In this document: positions 39,460 to 52,988 of the stretch, piece after piece
How the letters are laid out: every line of letters starts with the position of its first letter
How positions within the stretch are numbered: position 1 is the stretch's first letter
Source of the DNA: Paraspadella gotoi
Taxonomy: Eukaryota > Animalia > Chaetognatha
Assembly (NCBI GenBank): GCA_051294375.1
Contig: CM119266.1
Span: 4,803,685-4,867,684, forward strand
Direction: 5' to 3'
DNA: 64,000 nucleotides
Notes under the pieces: generated by a model
Told to the model about the DNA's origin: nothing
Databases searched by the model: none
The model's input: the letters and a program-made list of their open reading frames with translations, nothing else
Position numbers and translations under genes: made by a program

Positions 39460-40153
39460 CTGCGGTGAAAAAGGGTCGGAAATTTTAGGATGAGTTTTAG
39501 ATTCTATTTTTCGAGGTGGCCCTTATTTGTTCGTTTTTCGCGGAATTTAATTTTAATATTTAACTTAATTATATTTTTAAACTTTTAAAGCAATCATTAA
39601 CCCTAATCTCTAACCTTAGCCCGAACTCTATCCTGAATTCTAACCCTAAATTGCAGTCCCTAACCCAAATTCTTAACCATAACTTCTACTTTAATTTTTA
39701 ATTTAATTTAAGATAATATGGGGCGTTCTGGGAAAATAAAGCAGAGTTGGTTTCGGTTGAGTTTCGGGTTTCAGATTAACAGAGGGAAAACAATTTGTTT
39801 TTCCTCTTAATAAAATTTAAATTGGAAGAAAAAGGGAAGAAGGAAAACAAAAAACAATTTGGAGAAAAGGAAAGAAAAACATTTTGAAAAAAAAAGAAAA
39901 GAGGAAAAAAAAGGAGGAAAGGAGAGAAATAGATAACCTGGAGTCAAGATAAAATAGGGAAAAATGTTGAGAAGAAAAAAAGGAGAGAAATGTTGCTAAA
40001 AATAGATTGGGGGGCGGCGGGGGGGGGAGAGTTAAGAAGACGTTGGGGACAAACGAGAAGGAAAAAAGGATTAATAATTTTCAGTGGAAAAAAAATCGTT
40101 GCAGAAAAATTTATAAGAAAAAATGCAATTATAAGTCGAGATTAAAATCTCAC

Positions 40154-40194
<41 letters not shown>

Positions 40195-40516
40195 AGCCAA
40201 AGCCCAGATCTCAACCGCCCAAGAAGAATCTTCTTCTTCCAGAAAGAAAAAAAAAACTTCACAGTTCGACGAACCGAAAGTTAAATTAAAACGAGAGATT
40301 TAACTGGAAAAATCAAATGGGAAATCGGGCGAGGAGTGAAAAAAGAAAGAAAAAAGAAAAAAAAGTCGATTTGGAGATCTCTCTCTCTCTCTCTCTCTTT
40401 TCCTCTCTCTCTTCCCCTTTTTATTTCCTCTCTCTCTCCTGTCTTACATCCTCTCTCTCTTTTTTTCTCTCCCATTATTTTTCTCTCCCTTCTCTCCCTG
40501 CCCCTCTCCATCTTAC

Positions 40517-40647
40517 CCTCTCCTCGGGACAGGACAGCGCGGGTAAAGACTCCAGGTCCAAACCCTTTCCGATCTCGTTTGAGATGATGAAGACAAAGGA
40601 AGTTCCGGTCTGAACCTTCCATTCTTCCACCTTCTTCAATACGACGC
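40517..40647 (-). CDS. Class C GPCR exon 6 (end of VFT-like domain)
   Basis: 131 bp, phase 1-0: VVLKKVEEWKVQTGT...LDLESLPALSCPEER. Compare mGluR YQKVGYW...LPxSxC. Confidence 0.72.
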
Positions 40648-41274
40648 CTGCGTTGAGATACAATCCTTAAAACTTATATAAATTTATATTTATTAAATTT
40701 ATGAAATCGATACAACCCATATGAAAAATTATCTATTAATTTAATGAATAATCTTTCCTGCCTCCCTGACTTTTGACGGACGATGGCGGTCTAAGGCCTC
40801 CATCACTCTTACAAGCTTACAAGCTTAAAATCAAGACTAACTCTGTCTAGTTTTTGCATTCCCAGAGCACCTGGCTTCCCTATCAATGAACTGTCAGAAT
40901 TATTAATAGATTTTAATAGATTCTTCCCGAGTTTTATGTTACTTTTACTTTTTTGGAGATCAGCCTTCGATCACTTGATTGATGTCTAGTGAACTAGTAA
41001 ACTGCTCGTATTTTGAAATATTATGCCGCTTTCCTTGATAGGGAAGCCAGGTACTCGGGGGGTGAATAAACGAGACTGTGTGTGAGTCTTGATTGAAAGA
41101 TTGCAGGGACCAGCTATGTCATTATCATTAGGCCTTTAACCACCGAAGCCTGTTCAAAGTCGGGGGCAAGATAGTTTATTTATTAAATGAATGGATAATT
41201 TTTGTAATGGTTGTACGAATTTAATAAGAAACCGATCGATCCTGTATCAAGGTTATTCATCCTAAAATAAATAC

Positions 41275-41534
41275 CTGTGTTGTTGTTGTCGTCGTCGTCG
41301 TTCCATTGCATCAAAGAGAAGGCGTCGACTCTGGCCGACGACGACGCCGCCGTCGCGGGCGTCGCATCCTCGGCGTCGGCGGCGCCCTCTTCGTGGAACG
41401 CGGCGCTGCAGAGGCGGTGACCTGCGGCGGGCGGCAGCGGCGGAGAAGGGGAGAAGCAGGATAAGATATTGAGACGGACGACGGTTAACGACGCTGTTGC
41501 ATACGCGTTGCCTTGGTAACGCGAGCGGAGGAGA
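41275..41534 (-). CDS. Class C GPCR exon 5 (VFT-like)
   Basis: GNAYATASLTVVRLNILSC...RLCSAAF...DAFSLMQW. Compare mGluR2 [25 protein letters not shown]. Confidence 0.7.
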
Positions 41535-41544
41535 CTGGGTTTTT

Positions 41545-41592
<48 letters not shown>

Positions 41593-44194
41593 ACAGACAG
41601 AGAGAAGACGCAAAGGAGTCGAAATCTCTCTCACTCTATCTCCATCTCTGTCTCTCTCTCACTATCGTCAAGACTTGGAAGAAAAAGCGTTAATGGTGTT
41701 ATGGAGGTGGAGGGGATGAGGAAGGGGGTTCAAGAAAAGGGGCTGGGGGTCTAGAAGGGGGCGGGGTGAAAAAATTGTAGATCATTTTTCATCGCCGCGG
41801 TCGTTGCGTGCGAATGTGAGAGGGGGAAGCGAAGACTTTCCGAAATGCAATATATCCAACTACCGCTCACGCATTAATCACTTTTTTTGCGTGGGGTGAG
41901 AGAGGGGGAGAGAGAGAGTGAGAGAGAGAGAGAGAGATACTTCCAGCGCGTGAGGCCGTGAAAGGTTTCTCTCTCTCTCTCTCTCTCCGCTCATCTCGTC
42001 TCTAACGAATTCACATCGGAAATCGATTCACAATCTTTTTTTTTATTCACTTTGAGGATCGAAATATCGATTTGACTTTTTGGACCCGCGAAGGTTTGAA
42101 GGTCTGCAGGTTTGAAGGTCTGCAGGTTTGAAGGTCTGCAGGTTTGAAGGTCTGAAGGTCTGAAGGTCTGAAGGTTTCGTTTTGGTGAGGTTGATGAAGT
42201 TGAGATACCTTTTTTTTCAATTTAGTCAGATGCTTATTTTAACTTTTTTAACTATTATTTTTCTTTACTTTCTTTGTCAATTCAGTACATTTCCTTATTA
42301 ATCCCTACATTACTTTATTAATCCATTCATTAATTTATTAATCCCTACAATAATTTATTAATCCCTACATTACTTTATTAATCCCTTCATTAATTTATTA
42401 ATCCCTACATTACTTTATTAATCCCTTCATTAATTTATTAATACCTACAATAATTTATTAATACCTACATTATTAATCCCTTCATTAATTTATTAATCCC
42501 TACATTACGTTTTTAATCCCTACATTACTTTATTACCTACTTCTCTAACTTCACTACTTCTTTCGACATTTCAGTTTATCATTCATTTTAAATTTGTTCA
42601 TTAATTCCTACTTTAATATTCTTTGATATCTTCTTTACTTTAATTTCTCGTCTCTTCTTTCACGGTTTCACCCGTTCATCGTCATTCATTGTCACTTTTA
42701 TCATTCTCTGTCATACTCTTTATCATTTTCACTCTCCTTTATTAATTTCCTCGCATCTTTTCTGTCACTTTCATCGCTTCTTTTCGGTCACATTCATCGC
42801 TTTTCTGTCACTTTCATCGCTTCTTTTCTGTCACATTCATCGCATCTCTTGTCTTCATTTGTCAATGACACTTTTTTCTTCCTTCTTTTCGCTCGAACTC
42901 GACGCTCGATATCATTTTCCTTCTTTCGCCAATTAAAACTCATCTGAGGCCAATGTCGCCGTGGGGGGGAGAAAAGGGGAAAGGAAAGGAGGAAAGGAAA
43001 GGAAGGGAAAGGTAAGGGTGACAAAAAAGGAAGGAAGGATTAAAGGGAAGGGCAAGATACAAAAGATCGCAAAAAAGTAATAATGCCAGGAAAGAAAGTA
43101 AGAAAAGGAAGATGAAATTTAAAGGAAAGAAATCAAAGGAAGAAAGAAGGGAACAGTTTTTAAGAGGGTTGGAAAGAAAAGTGAGGAAAGAAAGTAAAAG
43201 AAAAAAATTGAAAGGGGGAAAAAAATAAGGAAAAAAAAATACTTAAAAATAAAATATATTTCTTTGAAGAAATGTTGCAAGAGTTATATTTTAATTTTTA
43301 AAATCATCTAAACATCCAGCGACATTGAAGGAAAACAAGAACGCGTATTTCTCTTTTTCATCTTTTTCTTTGACTCTCATCTCTCATCATCTGTTTCTCC
43401 TTCATCCGTCTTCAATCCCAATCTTAGTCTCTCGATCTCCAAACATTTTTAGTTTCGCCGCGAGTATTCACGGATCAACTCGATCGCCTTTTCGGTCGGT
43501 CTGTCGGTGTCGATCCGTCGGTCTGTCCAACTTACGTTAAAAATACACCTAATTCGTTTATAGTTGCTCATTTGTCAAGACAAGAAAAAAACCCCTCAAA
43601 TCTAAGTGACTGCTAGCGCCGCCTTCAGGAAATCCTAAACTATAAAGAATAAAAGACGGAATTCCGATGCATTGCGTGTTATAAATACATGGGCTAAGAA
43701 AGTCACTGCGGCGCAACACATTCGATGGATCTTGTTCAAATCTTTTTCCCTTTCATCTCTTCATATCATTCGTCTTGTGCCAAAGACGTTTCAGCTCCTT
43801 TTTTTCCTTCCAAGGTGCCAAACCCGTTCCCGCCTTGATACTTTAATCCAACGGTCGCCACAGTTTCCTTTAACCTTTTATCTCCCTGCCCCTGTCTGTC
43901 TGTCAGTCTGTCTTCTCACCTTACTACCTTTCATCTAGTGGCCAGTTAGTTTTCTATCTTTGCCCCATTAAATTTTCAATTTATTTCTTCCTTTCTATCA
44001 TTGCACAATACTTTTTTTATATTTGCATTATAACTTACTATCTTTTCTATTTGTCCTTAGTCCTCACCTTTCCATATTTGGCCCATAGCCTTTTACCGTT
44101 ACAGCTTACCTTTCCAGCTTCGCCCCTTTTCCGCCTTACCTTACCTTTAATATTCTAACGCCTTGGCAGCCTCCGGTTTTTCTTTGCTCATGTG

Positions 44195-44236
<42 letters not shown>

Positions 44237-44304
44237 CCACCATTAAGCTTATCTAAATCAAAGCTTTGGCGCCGTCGTTATTCTCATTCATCGCCTCGTG
44301 ACTC

Positions 44305-44341
<37 letters not shown>

Positions 44342-44825
44342 CCCTTTTCTCGCTCATTACCTTAACTCGCTTACCTCGACTCACCCGCGGCGAACGAGTC
44401 CATTAGTTTGTTTTTGGCAAAGACACTTTTATCTTATTTTTGAGGTTTTGAGGTTTTCATGCACATTGTGCATTGTGCGTTGCACAACTTTGTGGCAGTG
44501 ATCGAGTTACTATGCTTTATTTTTACAAATCTTAATGACACTTTGGATAAGAATAGGAAAGAGATAATTGAATTGAAAGAAACATGACCTCGGCCCTAGG
44601 GAAGCAATGCAAACGTCTCAGTGAGAGAGAGAGCGAGAGAGAAAGAGAGAGAGAGATAGGTTAAAACTCCGTAGTAGTTGTGAATTCTTCCCGTGCGTAC
44701 GTGGGACGTAGCGCAGACGATTCGTAAAGATACTGATATTTATCACCATCATCTATCATCCTCATCAATATCATCATTCTTATCATCATCATTATCTATC
44801 ATCATCATCATCATCCCACTCTCAC

Positions 44826-45043
44826 CGGAGACTTCGAAATCCGCGTATTCCAACTTCACTTCGGGACAGAGTCGTTCAGCTTCCTCCGCCTCCAACTCGT
44901 CGTCGACGCTTCCGCTTCCGCAGGTCGCGTCCGACCGCCTCCAGAGCCTCTCGATCTCCGCCTCCACGTTTTCGAGCGTGAGGGCGACGTTGGGATCGAT
45001 CATCGAGTGGATCGTCAAGTCGACTCGAGAGACTTCGGAGAAA
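44826..45043 (-). CDS. Class C GPCR exon 4 (VFT-like)
   Basis: TACAG acceptor and GTGAGA donor: LENVEAEIERLWRRSDATC...ERLCPEVKLEYADFEVS. Compare mGluR NPWFREFWEQRFRC...C...FEQE. Confidence 0.68.
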
Positions 45044-45906
45044 CTGTAGGCATGTGAAAGTTAATGAAAGTTGGATTAATTTATATATTGATTAAAATTA
45101 ATTAAAAAAATATTCATTCAACTAGCTAGGCTGTAGCTATACAAGCTTTTCTGTTTCCTGACTGGCCTTCGGTGATTTTAAGGCCTTTATTCCGGTTACA
45201 AGATAATTGCATAGTAAATAACCAAAAGTACTAGGCTTTCTTTTAATATATATTATTTTTAATTGGTTAAAAGGACCCAAATTTTTCAAACATAGATCTC
45301 GGAAACACATCTCGCATCGAAATACAAGTAGCTGACATTTATGAAATTTAATGAACTAAAAGTAAATTATTTCGGTTCCTAACTTGGGACAGTTGATAAT
45401 AATAATAATAATTATAATGATAATAATTAATAACGCAAACGAATAAATGCTTTAGTTAATGGTTTTTAGGAGTCGGGACTTCGGACGGGAGGAGGACGAG
45501 GGTCGCGCTCTCTCTCGCTCTCTAGGGAGTTCCGGTCAACGATTATGGTTAGATGGTCTTCTACCTGACCCTGATCTTGAGCCTGACCTGACCTAACCTG
45601 ACCCGGACCCTGAGCCTGACCCTTTTTGGGTCGAAATGGAGAACTTGCCTTCTTCATTTTTGCCGAGGGGGTAAATTAAGGATTCGTGAGCTTTGCCTTT
45701 GCACTCCCTCTCTATCCCGTTTTAAATTTATTCTGTTTTATTTCTTTTCTAAGACTTATACATATAACAATAATATACCAGAATTGAGTTCAGAATTAAA
45801 CTTTTTTTTTCATAATTTTACTCGACTTAGTTTGGCCTTCGTTTTTAAAATCGACCCCTTGACACTCTTCTTTACTGGTCCCGATTGTACTTCAAATACA
45901 AAATTT

Positions 45907-45954
<48 letters not shown>

Positions 45955-46696
45955 TGTGAGTGTGTGTGTCTGTGAAAAGAGAGAAGAGCTAGTTTCCATG
46001 TCAATTTACAGCAATGATGTCGAATTAATTCTGTCTTCTTGACAAAGTCTTTGTTTTCGTGTTCTTTCATCATTATCGCTCGTTCTTCTCCTCCTCTCTC
46101 TCCCTTCCCTCTTATACTTCTTTTTCCTTTCTCTCCCACTCTCTCTCCCCTCTTTTTTCCCTCTCTCTCTCCCCCTCTCTTTCCCCCCTCTTTTCCGATT
46201 CATTACTCTCTCTTCCTCGGACGACCAATCTTCTCGTCTGATCCCTCCGAAGTTTTTTTTAAAAAAATGCTCGATCGAACTTAAAAGGTTTTCTTTTTTC
46301 GTTGACTGTTCTTTTGTCCGCCTTTCGATTTTATTTAACCCCTCGCGCCCTCTGGCTTTGTTTTCCTTTAACAATTTCTCCTTTTTATATAAAATTGGCA
46401 CTCCCAGTATAAATGTTATCCATTGCCCCTGACTTTGGACACTCTATTTGGTTAACGTCTCCATTTTTTATTTATTTTTTTTCATTCCGAACGGAAGCCT
46501 AGTTAGTTCTAGGCTTCCTTATCAATAAATCGGTAAGATTATTTCGCAATATCGTTTTCCTGATTTAAAAATTCGTTTATTTTAAACCTGGCCTTTTTTT
46601 CAAAAGATAGCAAAACCCTGCAAGCTTTTAATCAATCAATTTTACCTTTCTCTCCTTGTCTTTTTTAACTTACCCTCTCATCCCTCCCTCACTCAC

Positions 46697-46893
46697 TCTG
46701 CCCCTCACCTTTCCTCCTCTGTTTTGGCTTCTTTCTCCCCCAGTGAATCCAAGATCCGACGCAAATTTTCCCGCGCCTTTTGTTTACATTCCGTCGTCNN
46801 NNNNNNNNNNNNNNNNNNNNNNNTCTGTCGTCCGCCACCGTCTCCGGCTGTTGTCATCGTTCGCGTCTGCCTAGCCTCGCTTCCCTTGTCGCG
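46697..46893 (-). CDS. Class C GPCR exon 3 candidate, interrupted by a 25-N gap
   Basis: Strong poly-T acceptor and GTGAG donors; matches 14470-14626. Confidence 0.45.
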
Positions 46894-47644
46894 CTGAAAA
46901 AAAAAAAAGAAGAACCAACAAGGATGATTGATTGCCAACGATTTATGTTCGCCATTGACGATGATGAGACATATCGGGGGAATGCGTTTCAGCGGACGCG
47001 GGGGTTTTGGCAGGAATGGGGGGAGGGGGGGGGGGTTATTGGAAAAAGGAATAAGAATAGAAAAATACCTATAAAAACCTTGAAAAGAGAGGGTTTAGAT
47101 GGGGGGGGGGTTAAAAATGAAGATTAAAGCGTCTTGAATTGATTTTTAAAGAGTGAAAACCGCGTGTATTCGGATATCGTTTTATTGTGAATGATAGATT
47201 TGTTGTGGCAATCTCGAGAATGTTTGGTCTGGAAATTTTAAAGAAATGTAGCAGATTACTACTTTCCAGTTTTCATCGGCCAAAAAGTAATTGATAAAAA
47301 TAAAAAAAATATTATAACTCTATAAGCAGTTATGTATTACGTTCTATGTTTTGTTTTTATATCTTGATCGTATAGATTTTTGCGTATAAGAAAAGATAAA
47401 CACTTAATTCGTAATTTACATATTGTGGTTAGTCTTAGATTTATTTCTTATATATATCTATATGCTTCTTTTTTGAGAGAAGTTTCCAAAATTTACTCAA
47501 ATAAACATTCAACGTATAAAGACGCATGCGCTTTGGCCTCAACTCTACCACTAATTGCGTAATTTGTAAATTATCAATAAACTATTTGGTTCATATAATA
47601 ATATTAGGTCAGATAACCAACCCTCCCTTTACATTAAACTCCAC

Positions 47645-48879
47645 CTTTGACCCCCTGCGCACTTCTCTCTTCTCTCAGCCTCTCGTTCCAAATATTCCCT
47701 AACTTCGTTCCAACTCGAAATTCGGTCGGCACGAGCAGCGAAATGCCGCAGCCGACGCCGGAGCTCCCGCTTTCGCCACTGCCGGCGGGACGATCGAGTT
47801 GAAAAAGTCTGCAGATGACGAAGAAAGACACGATCTCGGTTTCGTTTTCTCTCCTCATCCGCCCCTATCGGCGAGATGGAAAAAACTCTTCGAAATCGAT
47901 TCGTTCACAACAAGAACGACTCCTCTTGTCTTCCGCGGATAGAGGGATTTCCACGAACGCCGCTCTGTCGAAACCGGCGTTCATCCGGCGCCATACCGAA
48001 GCGCCGTGGCCTGCGTAAACCGTCGTCCAGTCTCGACCGGCGCGCCCTCCCAGTCGGCCATCGTCGCGATGCGCCGGCGCCGAAATTCCTGACGTCGACG
48101 CAGAGGCGTCGGAACGTCTCCTCCTTCCGCCATCTTGGCGGCGACGCTGGCGCCGAGGCAGAGAATTGAGCTGCGCGGTTTATGACGTCGTTCGTAACGA
48201 AGGACGACGATCGGCCGCCACTCGAGAAGTTCCAAGATCTCCGGCGATAACTTTGGCGTGATTGACGAGCGGTCCAGTCCCGGGCACGCGGAGATCCTTC
48301 AAGCCGAGCGGCCGAGTGGCGTGGGGGGCGGTCGATCGGCGACGCGGCGCGTTCGGCAGCGGCCTGAGGCGTCGTCGCCGGGCGGCGGAGAATTTGTGCG
48401 GCGGATGAGGGGTCGGCCGGCGAAGGTGGGTGTGTCTCCGTCTCTACAGCGTCTCCCGTCGACCCATCGCCCGCTCCAGCTTGCTCCAGCATCGACTCCA
48501 CCGGACGAAAGGATTCAAGAAGTCAAGGAGCTCTTCCTCTAAAACACCCCGACGCAAATCCGGATTCGCGATCGAGTGGACAAAGGCGATTAAAATCGGC
48601 AGCAACCGACTCGATTCGTTCGTCCACCGACTCCCGAAAAGTCGCGACCCCGAGAAAGATGCCGGACGGACGCCATTGACGGAGAGAGATTCCGGAAAAT
48701 CGGCGCCGGTTGGATGAGAGGAAGACCGAGGAGATGCGAGAGAGCACGAGGGAGAGGGAAGAGGAGGAGGAGGGGGAGGGGGGGAGGCGATAGACGAGGC
48801 AGACCGAGGAGGTTGGGGGGAGATGGAGGAATGAAGTGGCGGGGAGGCATAGGAGTGGGGGAGGCGTGTTCTTCGGTGA
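47645..48879 (-). CDS. Class C GPCR exon 2, redundant error-rich copy
   Basis: Matches 50507-51709 and 12548-13753. Confidence 0.5.
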
Positions 48880-49749
48880 CTTGAAGGTGGGGGTGGGGAA
48901 AGAGGAGAAGGGGAGAAGGAAAAGTTTAGAAGAAAATAGCTTTGCGGTCTCTTTTTGATTCTCCTCTCTCTCTCGATCTCTCTCGCTCTCTCCTCGTTCC
49001 CTCTCGCTTCATCTATTCCCTCTTTCGGTTTATCATCGCTCCCTCTTTCTCCCTTTCGTTTAATCGCTCCCTCCTGATTCCTCTCCTTGCTCTTTTTAGT
49101 ACGCCAAACAACCGGCCGTTGGAAGAAGCAGCAGGCGTTTTTATCTATCTTATCTCTCCGCCTTAATTTTTATAGTCGGCAATTCCCTTTTTTCGAGCGC
49201 GGATATATCTTAAGGATAAATTTACTCTTTTGCACATAAAAAAAGCATATATCATCAACTTTATTCTTTTTTATGTCTCCCTATTCTGAAAAAGGATATT
49301 TTTTATTTTCGTTTCGAATTCCAATATCTCTGAAAAAAGATTTTATAAATTTGATTTAGTATTTTTTGGCTTTTTTCTTGGTGGGGGAAATAAGTGTGAA
49401 AAGAGTTTGACTTTGATATGTTGACTTAAATCGCAATTTCACGCTTTTTGACGTCACCTTTTCACCTGGAAAAAAAATCTGGGAGAAATATCTGGGAGAA
49501 ATATCTGGGTTATTTATTTATTCTATTTATTTAGCACTTATTTACTTATTTACTTTTTATTCAAAAGAAAGGCAGTTCTTCTAAGACTTTAGATAAGGAA
49601 AAGAGTCTTAAACAGGCGAATAAAGATAAAAATTTTCTTCAAAACTCAAATGAGACGAAAAAAGTTTTAAAAACCTTGTCGACCTTGGCGTCGATAAAAT
49701 CTATCTGCTTCTGCTCTGCGCTCTCTCTTTCTCTCTTCTCTCTCTCTTT

Positions 49750-49781
<32 letters not shown>

Positions 49782-50506
49782 CTCTCTTCTCTTCTCTCTC
49801 TCTCTCTTTCTCCTCTCTCTCTCTCTCTCTCTCTCTCGCCTCTCTCCTCCGAAACCCAAATAAAGGCGAAAAAAAGCCTTAATGCGGTATGTTTAATTTT
49901 TAATCAGACTCCGGCCTCGGGAGAAGATTCGATGGCCGCGAAAAAGGAAAAAAAGAAAATGGCTTTGAAAAAAAATGAGCAATTCTCTCTTTTTGGGGGG
50001 GTTAAAAATGGAGATTAAAGCGTCTTGAATTGATTTTAAAGAGTGAAACGCGGTATCGGATATCGTTTATTGTGAATTGATAGATTTGTTTGTTGGCAAT
50101 TCTCGGAAATGTTTGGTCTGGAAATTTTAAAGAAATGTAGCAGATTAACTTTCAGTTTTTCATCCCAAAAAGTATTGATAAAATAAAAAAAATATTATAA
50201 CTCTATAAGAGTTATGTATTACGTTCTATGTTTTGTTTTTATCTTGATCGTATAGATTTTGGTAATAAGAAAAGATAAACACTTAATCTAATTTACATAT
50301 TGTGGTAGTTTAGATTATTTCTTATATATATCTATATGCTTTTTTGAGAAGTTTCCAAAATTTACTCAAATAAACATCAAGTATAAAGACGATGCTTGGC
50401 CTCAACTCTACCACTAATTGCGATAATTTGTAATTATCAATAAATATTTAGGTCATATAAGATTACTCCTCAGATAACCAACCCCTCCATTACCATTTAA
50501 ACTCAC

Positions 50507-51709
50507 CTTGACCCCCTGCGCCTTTCTCTCTTCTCTCAGCCTCTCGTTCCAAATATTCGCCTAAACTTCGTTTCCACTCGAAATTCGGTCGCACGAGCAG
50601 CGAATGCCGCAGCCGACGCCGCAGCTCCCGCTTCGCCAGCTGCGGCGGACGATCGAGTTGAGAAAAGTCTGAGATGACGAAGAAGACACGATCTTCGGTT
50701 TCGTTTCTCTCCTCATCCCGCCCTCTATCGGCGAGATGGAAAAACTCTTCGAAATCCGATTCGTTCAACAAAAGAAGACTCCTCTGTGTCTTCCGCGCGA
50801 TAGAGGGATTCCACGAACGCCGCTCTGTCGAAACCGGCGTTCATCGGCGCCAACCGAAGGCTGTGGCCTCGTAGAGACGTCGTCCGTCTCGACCGGCGCG
50901 CCCTCCCAGTCGGCGTCGCGAACGCCGGCGCCGAAATTCCTGACGTCGACGCAGAGGCGTCGAACGTCTCCTCCTTCGCCATCTTGGCGGCGACGCTGCG
51001 CCGAGGAGAGAATTGAGTGCGCGGTTATGACGTCGTCGGAACGAAGGACGACGAATCGGCGCCACTCGAGAAGTTCCAAGATCTCCGGCGATAACTTTTG
51101 GCGTGATTGACGAGCGGTTCCAGTCCGGCGACGCGGAGATCCTTCAAGCCGAGCGGCCGAGGCGGTCGTGCGGCGACGGGACGCGGTTCGGCAGCGGCTG
51201 AGGCGTCGTCGGCGGCGGAGAATTTGCTGCGGCGGATGAGGGGTCGGGCCGGCGAAGGTGGGCGTCGTCTCCGTCTCTATCAGCGTCTCCCGTCGACCCA
51301 TCGCCCGCTCCAGCTGCCTCCAGCATCGACTCCACCGACGGAAGGATAAGAAGTCAAGGAGCTTCTTCCTCTAAACACCCCGACGCAATCACGGATTCGC
51401 ATCGAGGACAAAGGCGATAAAATCGGCAGCAACCGACTCGATCCGTTCGTCCACGACTCCCGAAAAGTCGACGACCCCGAGAAGAATGCCGGACGACGCA
51501 TTGACGGAGAGAGATTCCGGAAAATCGGCGCCGGTTGGATGAGAGAAGACCGAGGAGATGCGAGAGAGGACGAGGGAGAGGGAGGAGGAGGAGGAGGAGG
51601 AGGAGGAGGGGGGGAGGCGATAGACGAGGAGACCATGGAGGTTTGGGGGGAGATGGAGGAATGAAGTGGGCGGGGAGGAAGGAGTGGGGGAGGGCGTCGT
51701 CTTCGGTGA
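50507..51709 (-). CDS. Class C GPCR exon 2 (VFT lobes)
   Basis: AAG acceptor and GTGAGT donor. Fragments FLHLPPNLHGLLVY, GILLGVVDFSGVVDERIESVAADF and EILELLEWRRFVVLRSDD occur in mGluR VFT motif order. Confidence 0.68.
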
Positions 51710-52988
51710 CTTGAAGGGGGGGTGGAGGGAGAGGAGGGGAGAAGGCGAAGAATGGGGAAGGAAAAAGTTTAGAAGAAAATATGCTTTGCGGTCTCTTTTG
51801 ATCTCTCTCTCTCTCGATCTCTCTCGCTCTCTCTCGTTCCCTCTCGCTTCATCTAGTTCCCTCTTCGGTTTATCTCGCTCCCTCTTTCTCCCTTTCGCTT
51901 TATATCGCTCCCTCCTGATTCCTCTCTCTTGCTCTTTTAGTCGCCAACAACCGCGTTGGAAAGAAGCAGCAGGCGTTTTATCTATCTTTCTCTCTCTCTC
52001 CCCCTTCATTTTTATAGTCGGCAATTCCCTTTTTTTCGAGGCGGATATATCTTAAGGATAAATTTACTCTTTTGCACATAAAAAAAGCATATATCATCAA
52101 CTTTATTCTTTTTTATGTCTCCCATATTCTGAAAAAGGATATTTTTTTATCGTTTGATTCCAATATCTCTGAAAAAAAAAGATTTTATAAGATTTCTTTA
52201 AGTATTTTTGGCTTTTTTTCTTGGGTGGGGGAAATAAGTGTGAAAAGAGTTTGACTTTGATATTTGACTTAAATCCAATTTCACGCTTTTTGACGTCACC
52301 TTTTCACCGGAAAAAAATCTGGGAGAAATATCTGGGAGAAATATCTGGGTTATTTATTTATTTATTTATTTACTTATTTACTTTATTTACTTTTTATTCA
52401 AAGAAAGGCACGTCTTCTAAGACTTTAGATAAGGAAAAGAGTCTTAAACAGCGAATAAAGATAAAAATTTTCTTCAAACTCAAATGAGACGAAAAAGTTA
52501 AAAACCTTTCGACCTTGGCGTCGATAAAATCTATCGCTTCTGCTCTGCGCTCTCTCTCTCTCTCTCTCTCTCTTCTCCCCCTCTCTCCTCCTCTCTTTCT
52601 CTTTCTCCCTCTCTTTCTTCTCTCTCTCTCTCCCTCTCTCCCTCTCCCTTTTGCCAAAGGTTTCTTTTGGGCAGAGAATCATCTTTAAGTGCTTTCTCTC
52701 CAATATGTACTAAGTACACTCGTACTCTACCCACAGCAGACCGTACCACCGAAAAACCACCCACGCACTCACCAACTCACTGCCCACACGTATCACCCAC
52801 ACATTACCCACTTCACTTCACTCGCCCTCACCACTTGACCCCTCTCCTATGCCTCACCCACACACCTTCAACTCTCCACTCATACTTAAACTCTTTTTCA
52901 CCCACACTCCACCCACACTCTTTCCACACCCCAGACCACACTCAAGCCCACACTCCGCCAACACTCTTTCCACACCCCAAACACTCAC

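Larger units (their letters stand above)
47100..52650. repeat. Tandem ~2.7-kb duplication (47100-49848 and 49995-52650), both copies indel-rich
   Basis: Both halves match the reverse complement of ~11590-14265 and are separated by ~145 bp of unalignable sequence. Confidence 0.92.
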
